From Pelomyxa schiedti (taxonomy: Eukaryota > Protista > Evosea), in the NCBI GenBank assembly GCA_020536535.1, contig JAHLWZ010000171.1:1-64000 (forward strand): a stretch of 64,000 nt of DNA, written 5' to 3'. Shown piece after piece: positions 38,799-49,640 of this stretch (positions within the stretch are counted from its first letter, which is position 1; each line of letters begins with the position of its first letter). The notes under the pieces are model-generated. The model worked only from the letters and a program-made list of their open reading frames with translations. It made no database searches and was not told the DNA's origin. The position numbers and the translations under genes are program-made.

Positions 38799-41700
38799 AT
38801 GAGCCGGACAATGTGGACGTCGTCAGCCTGGCCACCCACCCCAACACAGTCCAGGAAGCAACCACCAGCAGCAGCCACCCCAACGCCCACGAGAGAGAGC
38901 AGCACCCCCGTTGTCCAACAAGGGGACGTGAGCTCCTCAGCGCCACAGTCCCCGGCGCGGCCCCCCCATACTCCCAGTCTCTCGGTCAGCACAAGCGCGC
39001 CGCATGCCCCGGCGCGGCCCGCCCATACCCCCAGTCTCTCGGCCAGCAGCAGCGTCCCGCAGACCCCCGGGGGCACCGGCAGGGCCACCGCCGACACGGG
39101 ACCAGGCGGGGGCAACGAGAGGCGGCCGCCACAGAGGGGATCGCAGGGGCAGGGGGCGCGGGAGGAGGCGAGCTACGGGGTGTACCGCGGGGCGGGCTCG
39201 GGCGAGGGCGGGCGCGGCGACCCGGGCGCGGCCTCGTGGGGCGGCGCGTCGAGGGTGACGGCGAGCGACGTGGCGTGCAAGGCCTGCCTGAGGACGTTCT
39301 GTAGCCCCGTGTTTTTGGGCTGCGGCGACACTCTGTGCAGAGAATGCGTTCGCGTTCTCGTGGTGAAGAAATTGCTGACAGAGGGATTCTTTTGGAGCCG
39401 CCCTCCAAGCTCCTCCTTATCGAATATTCCCAGTCCTGGTTCTGCTTCGAGTCCTTCTGTGCCCCCTCCGTGCCCCCAAAACCAAAGTAGATCACCTAGA
39501 CTGGTGGAGATCAAGGTGTGTTTTTGCTTTGTTTCCAGCCCCACTGAAGATTGTCGTTAACTTGTGAAAAGTGTCCTGCCTGCTTGAAGCTAGTTCCTGT
39601 GCTGACAGATGTGGCAGAGCGTGGGACAAACCCATTAAACCTGCAAGACGACACTACTGCTATGAAGTTTATTACTGGCAATAAAAGGGTAAGCGGGGGT
39701 ATCCTATGAGTAAGATTGAAATTTTCTGCAGGTAGAACCTCAGTCATCAGGTACAAGCGGGAAAAAAACCAGTCTCGTGTTTCTCCTTTACTGATCTTTT
39801 TAGTAAAGGGTGAAGCTTTGGCTACAGAAATCAAGTCCAAGATCCTTCCTCTTGTAGCTGCTCTACTCAGCCAAATTGCCTCCCAAAAAAAGAAACTCAA
39901 GCAAACGGTCTTTCTGAAGGATTTGTATTTTGTTCTGAGAGAAGTACCAAATAGAAAGACGACACACTTAACGAGGAAATAAAACGCATGACAAAGAAAT
40001 TTGACGAACACAACCGGAGAATTGAAACCTTTGCTCAAGAACATAGGAGGACCATGGGTAACTCTCTTAACGAATATGTTTTCCTTCATTTCTTTCTATA
40101 GCGGAGAAACTTGATCAAAGAAAAAGGGCACTTCAGGCTTCAATAAACATTCACAAAAGCCTCTTTAGTGCAAGTCCAAAAGACCCTGTTCTCCAAGTAC
40201 AACGGCACTTCAGAATTTTAAATACACTTCGGGTACTTTTATCACGTTTTCCCCAGCTTATTGATAAAAGGGATTCTCTAGTCCAGAATCCAAATCACAC
40301 TTCAGGCGCAGCCAACTGGAAATCCGGGATGGTTATGAAATGTATACCCTTAAATAAAAAGAGAATATTCACTCATATTGTACTTGCTCTAGGGAGTTCG
40401 AACTTCAATCTTTACCCAAATGCCGCTACAGTGGTCCTAACAACTCGCAAATTGCAATCACTCTTAACTGGCAATTGAAGAAGGAAATACCTTCCAATTT
40501 CAATGTCAAGTTGAAATGGATGCGGGACACAGAGGAATTGAGTAACTGGGAAGTAGTAAAGGCTTTATGCATCAAATCACCAGAAAAAAATGGCTTCACT
40601 GCGGAACCTGTTGCAGTACTATGTAAATTTTCGGCAACAACCAATCCGCAGGCAAACAAGATCGACTTACAAATTACTCCGTACTGGGAAGAAAGTGATT
40701 ATAAGGGCAGAACAAAAGTATTTATGGGAGAACTGTGTTTTCAAAAGCTAGTACCGCTACCAGAACGTAAGTAACTGCAGCTACTTTTTTTTGGACTTAA
40801 GTCACTGAAGGAGCTCCTAGTGTCAGCCTATTTCCACGGAGCCCTTCATTACTTGCTCCTCCTAGTTCTGTAGCTCTTGAGAGAAACAGTGACACATTAT
40901 CAGTCATATTTTCCGATCCTGCTAATCACTGTATACGACGAATGAAGCAACAAGGGGGCGGCCTATCAATTCTAGAATTTGTAGTGGGGAAGCGGACACA
41001 GGAAGGATACAAGAACGGGTCAATAGACGAAGCCGAATTCCGACAACCTCATGGTGTTGCTATCGATAGCAGTGGGAACCTAATCGTTGCAGATACATAC
41101 AACAACTGCATAAGAAAGGTTGACTTTGGCACAGGTTAGCTTCAAACCCGAAATTTGAGCCTCTCCAAGATAAATCAAAAAAAAATATAGGGAGGGTTAC
41201 CACACTAGCAGGGTCTCCAGATCCTGGATTCACAAACGGGAAACGGCTTCAAGCACATTTCAAGGCGCCTTCCGGAGTTGCTTTCGATTCAAAGGGCGAT
41301 CTTCTTGTTGCTGACCGCGGAAACAATGCCATAAGAAAAATTGACCTCCGCAGTACTGCTTGTATGCGGTTAATTCTCGTCGTATAATCGTGCTCTTCGC
41401 AGGAGATATTGTATCGACCTTCATTGGACCAGAGGGCTCTTTTGCAGTTGTTGATAAACTAGTGGATCCCAGTTCAATCTGCGTAACCCCAGATAATGAC
41501 ATCGCCTTTGTCACCCATTCGAATAAATTAAGCATGGTCACTCAAGGTGTGGTTTTCTTCAAGCAAAGCTCAATTAGCATAACAAAAAAACCCTAATCTA
41601 ATGTAGGTGGGATCAAAACCCTGTACAGTTCCAAAGCCAAATGGGGACGAATTTCCGCCGTGGTACTCGACGCCTCCGCGCAGAACATCATCTTATGCGA

Positions 41701-41989
41701 AAAGAACCGCATTCTGTCGTGCGAAGTAGAACCCCTGACGACTAAGGGAGGAGGATCGGCCGTTGAGATTCACGTTCTTGCCGGCGACGTGGCTAAATAC
41801 GGCAGCCGCGACGGGGCGCCGGCTGAAGAGGCCCTGTTCACCAACATTGTGGGACTGGCGCTGGACCAATGGGGTGATGACCTGTACTTGGGAGACAAAT
41901 CTGAGAGTCCCACAATCAGGGTGGTGCACGGCATAAAGGCACTACTTTCATCTTTCAAAGTAAAACCAAAAACACCAGCACATGAATAA
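38799..41989 (+). CDS. RING + coiled-coil + NHL-repeat protein (TRIM-NHL-like E3 ligase)
   Basis: CKAC..PVFLGCGDTLCREC..CPAC; FRQPHGVAIDSSGNLIVADTYNNCIRKV; FKAPSGVAFD. Confidence 0.75.
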
Positions 41990-42081
41990 ACCCAATAAGA
42001 TAACAACTATTTTGTACCTGTAAACCACAGAATTAATTTTTTTTCTACCTCTTGAAGATTTTGTTTTTGGTTTAAAGAAGG

Positions 42082-42237
42082 AAGGAGTTGCGATAAACGC
42101 AAACTCCACTCACAAAAATTACACTGCTGGGCTCCCTTGCGGGATCCATATCGGGTCTCTGACCTGAGTGCTAAGTCAGAAGCCACGACAGCACACCAGT
42201 CCTTTTTGATCAACGGTGTGCACAGTCAGGTATGTAT
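42082..42237 (-). ncRNA. U1: Variant U1 snRNA (5' AUACAUACCUG)
   Basis: Minus strand: AUACAUACCUG; helix H ACUGU/GCAGU; SL1 loop GAUCAAAAAG; SL2 loop AGCACUC; SL3 with GCAA loop; Sm site AAUUUUUG; terminal SL4; about 156 nt; ACCCATAA at -62. Confidence 0.88.
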
Positions 42238-42291
42238 GAATCGAATTACTGTTTCCCCAGCGCAGAAACTTCCCGGAGGGTCCTGGGACAG

Positions 42292-42314
42292 TTATGGGTC
42301 ACAGCAACCCATAA
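42292..42314. promoter_or_regulatory. Bidirectional snRNA promoter: two inverted ACCCATAA (DUSE-like) elements
   Basis: TTATGGGT at 42292-42299 and ACCCATAA at 42307-42314, lying 62 and 63 nt upstream of the two U1 starts; fits the Dictyostelium upstream sequence element in consensus and spacing. Confidence 0.8.
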
Positions 42315-42369
42315 TCGTCAGGCGAAACACCGTACCCTTGTTTCGCAGTTACTTGAGATCTCCAATCTC

Positions 42370-42531
42370 ATACTTACCTGGTACTCACAGGCACTGATCA
42401 ATAAGGGTGTCTTGTGTATCAACATCTTTTCTCTTGCACTCTGGGCAGAGGTGTTGGTATGAGTCTCCGCAAGGGGATATCTAGTACACCATTTTTGAGA
42501 AGCCGAGGTCTGCGAAATTCGCAACCTCGCT
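42370..42531 (+). ncRNA. U1: U1 spliceosomal snRNA (canonical 5' end)
   Basis: AUACUUACCUGG; helix H GUACU/AGUAC; SL1 loop GAUCAAUAAG; SL2 loop UUGCACU; SL3 GCAA loop; Sm site AUUUUUG at 42491-42497; SL4; about 162 nt. Confidence 0.93.
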
Positions 42532-42686
42532 ACAGTAAAAAAACAGAAAAAGACAGGTCTTTGTGCTTGGAACCTGGAGTTGTAGAGTTGGCTTGAGCTT
42601 TGTGCAAAAAAAAAACTGGAAAAAAAAAGGAAGCTGAAAGTGTTGACATTTTCACATTAACAGTACAAAGGCATAAAATATTGTTT

Positions 42687-45078
42687 TTAATGTCGTTGAT
42701 AAAGGGCTCTAAATTTGGTTTTCTATAAGGAAATTAGAAAGGGTGACGCCAAGAGTTTTTACAAACTGCTTGTGCGAGCCACATGTGTCCTAAAGTGGCC
42801 TTTGCATCAGGTCTTTTACTTAACGGTACCAGTAAGCCCAAGGTGAACTGCGTTGCTTTTTGGCGTTTCATTTAGGGTGCTTTAATATTTGGAGAATACC
42901 TGCTGGTGATCTAAAACCCTTGGGTGGTTGCCTGATGTGTAATGCCTGTACATTTCTGTTTATATCATCCACTGTTATTCCCTCAAAAGGTTCCGCCCGG
43001 AACAACCTGTGGCGAGAAATTAACATAAAACAAGTTTGTAGGCAGCCATACAGATTGTATGTAATAACACCAAGCGCCCAGATGTCCGCCTTTAAATCAT
43101 ATTGTCCAACTAACACCTCTGGTGCTAAAACACATTAGAATAAATTGATGACAAAGAGGTGGGTACCCATGTAACCAGGGGTACCACATAAAGTTGTAAG
43201 CCACTCGTATTGAAGAATCTTGGACATTTCAAAGTCCTACATTGCAAATTACATTGGTTCCTCTAAGTGTGGGTGGAAACCGCAATTTTTACTCTCCTGT
43301 AGTCTGGGCACAGAAGGACGTTAGCCGGCTGCAATAAGTGAGAATGAGGATGTAATGGGGGGGAGGAAGTAACGTAGGACCTTCATATCCCTGTATTTGT
43401 TTTTAAAATGCGGGTTAGGGTGAAGAGTTTATGCATCGAGCTTGTAAGAAACCTGTGGGCAATAGCACGAGAGTGCAAGAATGAAAGCCCTGCGACTAAT
43501 TGAAATACTATCTCGGCAACAACATCTTCCTCTATGTAATTATTCATATGAATGAAGCTGTGAAGATCACCCCCAGCACAGCTGCAAGTAGTAATTAAGA
43601 ATGCTTCAAGGTTGAAATAACTCACTATTCTGTTATTAAACAAATTGCGTCAGGTTTCCATCCTACATCCAGTAGCTCTAGTAAATTTCTGTGCTTCTTT
43701 CCTTCGGCAGGTGATACAACACTTTGAAGTGATGAAGATGATATCTTGATAATTTTGGCCACAAATGTTTGCTTGTTGTGCGTGACTTTGTAAACAGAAC
43801 TACAGCTGGTAGATCTATTGTAGGAAAATGGACATAAGAAAAAAAAAAGACTAAAAAAGAAGGGACAGCACTGTGCGGGTGATAAACAGTCATAGTTGAC
43901 GTTGGCGTAGTACTCTTTATTATTAACACATATCCGTAGGATGCCACTTGGTTCCGCTGTCTTGAGTGAGTAGAAGTTGTACAAGCATAATGTACCATGA
44001 ATTTCTAACGAGTTGCAAGTAGGTGTAGATACAGGGTGAATGCTACTAGGAGAAGGGAGAGGTGAAGTGTGGTGTGGCGACGGGGGCGAATCATTGTAGT
44101 GGTTTGTCTGAGTGACGGAGATATCTCTTCCCGTATTGATGTTATGTGACATTGGAGGAGTTCGTTGCACCAAGGTTGTCTGCTGGGGGATGTCGATTGT
44201 GTTTCCGGGAATAACACATTCCTCGAACAGCTTTTTCCCCCTTGCAGAATCAGTGTCCTCTTTCGCTACAAAATAGCCTCAGAACCGCTTAAGAAGGGGG
44301 AAAAAAAAAAAAAAACCAAACCTCCACTGTCACCGTGAGGAAGATAGCCCCGCGTTGCACAGGTCCCATTCAGCGCCACTGAAGGTCCCAAAATGCCACC
44401 AGGAGTAGGCCTGGAACCAATGCCAGTCACTACTTGGAGAGGCATGATATTGGTACTAATCACCGGGGGCGGCATGTTGGTAATGTTGGAAGACGCCGTT
44501 GGAGGCCTCGAGGACGTGCCCTGGTAAACCGTTCCGGGAATGTCCCTTGAGAAGTCAAACGTCGCGGACGAGAGCGCAGAGGCCAGCGACGGCGGGGGCA
44601 GGCGCGTGTTGGCCGACTTTGCGAGGTGGCGCGGCTGCGGATTATGGGTCGCCAGGCACGAGGAGGCAGGCGACGGGTACGGCGACTGCGACGGCGACGA
44701 CAAGGTAGGCCGCTCGCGAGGATACGGGCCGTGGCACACCGTCGACGCAATCGCCGTTGTAGGCAAGGACAACGACTCGGGGTAATACAAGTTCGGGTGC
44801 GCAGGAAACGCAGGCTCGGTAAGCGCAGTCATGGACGTGGACGTGGACGTCGACGTCGATGTGGATGGGAATGTGAATGCCGATGTGGTGGGTGTGGTTG
44901 GGAACGCGGACGTGGAAGTGGAAGTGGAAGAGGAAGTGGGTGGGCGAGATGAAGTGTGGTGGTGTGGGGGAGGGCCTCGGTTTCGAGCGTAGTTGTTGTT
45001 CGAATGCGGTAAAGCATTAGGGAATGGATCGAAGGGGAGCGCGTTTGGGTTCATCATGCCGCCACCGCCTCTATACAT
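42687..45078 (-). CDS. Ser/Thr kinase-domain protein (CAMK-like, atypical) with long low-complexity N-terminus and PAM2-like motif
   Basis: VAK; AHRDMKPANV; KIADFE; LCGTPGYMAPE; KADIWALGVI; N-terminal MNPNALPFDP; 3' end approximate. Confidence 0.8.
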
Positions 45079-45287
45079 CTATTGCGGTGCGCGTCCGTTG
45101 TTGATAAGTGTTCGAGTTACGGAGGTGACTTCTTTTTTTTTTTTGAGTTTTTTGGTTTTTTTGCCATTCCATGAAGCGCTTTTCGTCGGAGCAGATGAAC
45201 TTGAGTTTCTCATTCTACAAACAACGGGTTCGTCCGTCGGGTAGTTCTGGATAAAGGAAACACTTTCCAGGGGGTGCTTGTTTTTTT

Positions 45288-47056
45288 TTACTGGTTCTTG
45301 CATTCTGGGGGTGGTGCTGGTGCTCCTGGTGTTGAATCTGGCGTGGACCCAGTGGGCGCAGATGGGGAGAAAAGGGATTTTTCCTTGAGAGGTTTCCCGC
45401 GCCTTGCCTTTTTTTGAGTGAGAACCTGGGTACTACCAAGAGAAAGGAGAGAAACTCACGACTTGTGGGGCACATCTTGGCCTCTTGGATTTGGGTCCTC
45501 CATAGTGCCGAGGCATTGCCTTTTCCTCGTCCTCTTCGTCGCCCTCGCCCTCTTCGTCTTCCTCCTGCTCTTCGCCTTCGTCATCATCTTCCTCATCTTC
45601 GTCATCGTCATCACTGTCTCCTGGTGGGCCCTCTTCATCACTCGCAGTGCTTTCAGACACGACTTCGCCCAAATACCACTTCAGGGCATTGGGACATATA
45701 TCATCCTTGAACTGTATTCCGACTGTGTGCCTATTTAAGTCGAAAAAAAAGGCTTGGGGGAAGAAACCTTCTACATCCAGGCTTCGTTGTTCTTCTTCCT
45801 GCTCAGTGATTATCTATGAATGAAGGAAAGGAAATATGATCATTACCAGGGGCTCAGGATCACCTAGTAACGCTGGCAATGGTGTGAAGAACTCAAAGAA
45901 AGAGGGTCTTGGGGCTTTCATAATAGCAACCTTCCCCTTTGCTTTCTTCCTGGAGATAATTTAGAACGGAGAATTTCGGGCTTTAAAAAGGGAACCTCCG
46001 CGTCATGACAGTGAGGTCTTTCCCATCTTTCCAGTTAGGTTTTGCGCTACAGGACGTTACATCCTAACATTAAAAGTCGGACAACCTGTCTGCATGGTGG
46101 AATTGAGATTCTGGGTCCTCTGCAGATTCAAAAAAGAAATAGGACTTGAACAGTGCAGCATCAGTAAAGAATGGGTTTGGAGCAAAAGTGAAAGTTAATT
46201 TGAAACCGCACTGAAGTGTTTTAGGGAATGGAGAATTGGGAAGGAAAGGGATGCAAACCAGGTATCGCTCTTTGCCATCAATAATAGTAGGGTTTTCCTT
46301 TGGTAAATTCTCAACAGAAATATCTTGCAGGAAATCCAAGGCTTCTGGATCGTGAGGTGACAAGTGGGAAAGCTGGCACAGCGTCTCGTTGTGAAGAATA
46401 GCTTTCCGCCAAAACTGTGGTATGCCTTTACCTTTTTATTTCCAGTCACTTTGTGGTCCTTTTTTTTAAAAAAAAAAAAATACATGGGGCAGTGGGTGCA
46501 GAGGCATCAGCCACAAACCCGGCACATTGTTCTTCACTAGGTTCTTGATCTCCTTTCACAATTGCACCTCGCTGTAAGGGAAGGGAATTTTTCGGTAGAA
46601 AGCATTCTTGGTTACCTTATCAAAGAGTGGCTTGGCCAACAACTCATACTTATGTTCCAATTGCTCTTGTTCTTCCCGTAATTGCTTCATAAGTTTCGCA
46701 TGTTCGTCCTTCACAATTCTTTATAAGCTAGATGCCACGGATGTTGAAAAAAAAAAAAAAAACCTCATAAAATGCACCCACAAAATCGTTACCTGAATAG
46801 ACCGCAACGCGTGCAACCGTTTCCTTACATCGTTAGACAAGTTGTCGTCCAGAGGCTTCTTCGTCGCCGCAGCCGAAAGCGGGAACGCGGGCAGCACAAG
46901 CGAACCTGGGGCAGAAAACAGCGACGCTGTCGGCGGTGCTGCAGCAGCCGTCGTGGCGCTCGCCGCCGTGGCCACGGTGCTGGTCGCGGCTGAGGACGAC
47001 GAAGAAGAAGGCGTAGCCGGAACAGACGTGAAGAGACCTGATGGCTTGTGTGACAT
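45288..47056 (-). CDS. NAP1: Nucleosome assembly protein 1
   Basis: VRKRLHALRSIQ; LEHKYELLAKPLFDK; GFKLTFTFAPNPFFTD; PNWKDGKDLT; acidic tract; C-terminal PECKNQ* (like the CKQQ prenylation motif). Confidence 0.9.
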
Positions 47057-47176
47057 GCTGCTGCTTAAGGCCGATTTAATTAGACGGAAGGCAATTCCAC
47101 TTAGGGGCGGACAATAAAACTGTTGTTTATACAAAAACGTGTGGAACTGTCCAAAAAAAATCTGTTGGTGAAGTGA

Positions 47177-47380
47177 TGCTCAATACATGACGTGGAAGGT
47201 CACCATGCAGAGCACAAATCTACCGGTTTATGAATCTGCCACAGACATGACCCGTTTCCCGCGCATTTAGGGACCCGAACAAACGGCGCCCAGGCTATAA
47301 TCCCGCCACTTGCCAAAAACTGGGTCGCAGCTGAACCAACCTGAGCCATCCCGTGGTGCGGTAGACTTAAGGGCTGTGGT
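47177..47380 (-). ncRNA. Putative structured non-coding RNA of unknown family
   Basis: AACCCATAATC element at -62; extensive G-U-containing helices on the minus strand; 3' hairpin; downstream T8 tract at 47153-47160; intergenic. Confidence 0.6.
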
Positions 47381-47434
47381 ACCAATCACAGGTTTCTCTG
47401 CCGCATTCCGTCTTGCACTTCCCTGTCGTTTGGA

Positions 47435-47442
47435 TTATGGGT
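47435..47442 (-). promoter_or_regulatory. DUSE-like element ACCCATAA
   Basis: Shares the 11-mer AACCCATAATC with the canonical U1 promoter. Confidence 0.6.
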
Positions 47443-47512
47443 TCCGAAAAGTAAATCACCAACTTCGTGGGGGGTTTCGCTGAACAATCGGTGTAATTGG
47501 GAGCGCTCCGGT

Positions 47513-49583
47513 ATGCAACCTGTTGCCATTCCTGCGAGAGTGGACGTGACTGGATCACGTCGTTTAGCTTTGGTTTTCGGTGCAGGGTTTTTGGTGGTGC
47601 TGTGTGCCGTCATCATTGGGCCCACTGCGTGCCCAGAGGCCGCCACCTCGACGCACTACTTCGCGTACGAATGCGACAACAACTCCCACTTGTGGGATCC
47701 AGACAATTGCCACGGTGTCCAGATGTCGAATGTGAGTGTGCAATTGCCCAATTGACACAGCCAACACCCATTTTTGGCCTAGACATTTGTTATTTGGCAA
47801 ATTTAATACCTGAACTAGAGCACGTCACACTGGGTCAAGGTTTTACCGTCAATAGACTTGTTTAATCGATTTTGGATTGTTACTGCCACCCCGTATTATA
47901 AAGATTATACAAACCAAGGCATGGATAGATTTTTTTTTGTCCCCCTTCTAAGCTCCACGAAGAAGAAGACATTAGACAGGACATGATTATCAATGTAAGC
48001 TTGTCTTATAGAGAGGCATCTTCCACTTGGAGTGATTATGTGGTGGGCCAAAGTGTGGAAAGTGAAGTTTCATGTCCAGTTGAGGTTTAATTGCATGTTT
48101 TGTTGAATTTGTAACAAATATGTTACTCCAGCTAGTTCAGGAGACCAAAGGTGGGTGTATCAGCATCCCTCTCATAGTTGAGGTACTCAGAAGAAATAAA
48201 GAAAAATCAATGACCCTCAAAAGCAAGTTGTGAGACATCCTGAGTGGCTCATAAATGTAAATTTTGTTGACCCTGGCTCATTCATTGGCGATGTCAAGTT
48301 TTCGGTACTTGTGAAAAATGCTCCTTCTTTCTAAGACTGCTGTAGTTTGCGACAGGAAACACCTCATATTCCATGATGCAGGTCCCCTTCACTTCTCTTG
48401 ATTCTTCTGATCCGTTGTTAGTTGGCCATCAATATTGTATTTGTAGGACTGTCAGCTGTGATAGTTATAATAACTGTTGTGCATATGCGGAAAATTAATT
48501 TGATGCAGTGGAATTTTGATCAACGGTTAAGATTCTTGGTAATAAAGAAGCCTAATATCTGAACAGTTTTCTGCTTGCACTGGCTGTTGGTCTTCTATTA
48601 TTTGACAGTAGTCTTTTTCTATTATTTGGAAGTTTGTGCTCATTTGAATCCAAAGATCCCTTTTACTCTATGCGTTTTCTTGTTGCCAGCTGGTTTTTCT
48701 TATTTCTCGATTCCGTATTTGGTGCTTGCTTCAGTACAATTCTTCTGTTGTATTGGCTATTTTCCTTTGAGAAAGCACGCAAGGTAAAAGCCTATCACAA
48801 AAATGGCAGGTGCTCAAACTGCTTGGCAGAGTGGGAAGAAACAGTCTACTTTTAGTATAGGCATGAAGCTCGCTTGTGCTTCACTTTTCTTCGTTTTCGT
48901 GGTCATAATGTATTCCTGGAGAGAGTGTGTAATGTGAAAATATTTTCCACTCGTTTACTTACACATTAGTATTGTGGACAAAAAAGATCCCATATTCGGG
49001 ACCACCTCAACGATGTCTGGTGCCTTGGTTTGGTCACCCTTCTTCCTTCCCGCAGCTAAGTAAAACTAGGCTTTCATGGTTCTTGGCATTGTAATGTTTC
49101 TCCTGTGTTCTTTTTGGGCAATAATTCTTGGTGTTACGGGACTTTCCGCTGCACTAAAAAGGAAGTCTCCAATAGTTAGGTCACTTCCATTACCTTTTTT
49201 TGCCAAAACTAATTGAATGCAGATTTATATTCCTTGGAATTCCTTCCGTAGTTGTGGCATTGTCTGAAATAGCTGCGCTTTTCGAGGTAGTTTTTAATCC
49301 CAAGGAATCAGGTAAACCCTGTCCATATTCCGCAAACTTATTCTAAGGCTATGCAGCCACCGAGTACCTTTACTTCCTTGTCATCAAGAATGTGTTTGTT
49401 TGCCTTGTCACCTACGGGCTTCTACCTCCACATTCCTTTATAGCCTCCCACACCCAAAAGGTAGAGGCAGCACAAGAGGAAGAAGAAAACGTGGCCGAGA
49501 TGAGAACCCACTTGGTACCCACAACAAACAGTATCAACACCAACAAAACCCAACACAATCCCACGACTACAACAACAGAATAG
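47513..49583 (+). CDS. TMEM181: TMEM181/Wntless-like membrane protein
   Basis: RVDVTGSRRLALVF..IIGP; WNFDQ; DPFYSMRFLVASWFFLFLDSVF..ILLLYWL; many short exons. Confidence 0.7.
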
Positions 49584-49640
49584 TAAATACTATAAACAAG
49601 ATTTATTCTTTCACCTGTAAATACAATGCTGGTGTTTGCT

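Noticed and set aside
47264-47273. CCCUAAA as a telomerase template in the unknown RNA
   Set aside because: Only one repeat unit, no alignment region, and the telomere sequence is unknown
47285-47315. Plus-strand resemblance to the SRP Alu motif (CTATAATCCC..CACTTG)
   Set aside because: No helix-8 signature downstream; promoter and G-U pairs favour the minus strand
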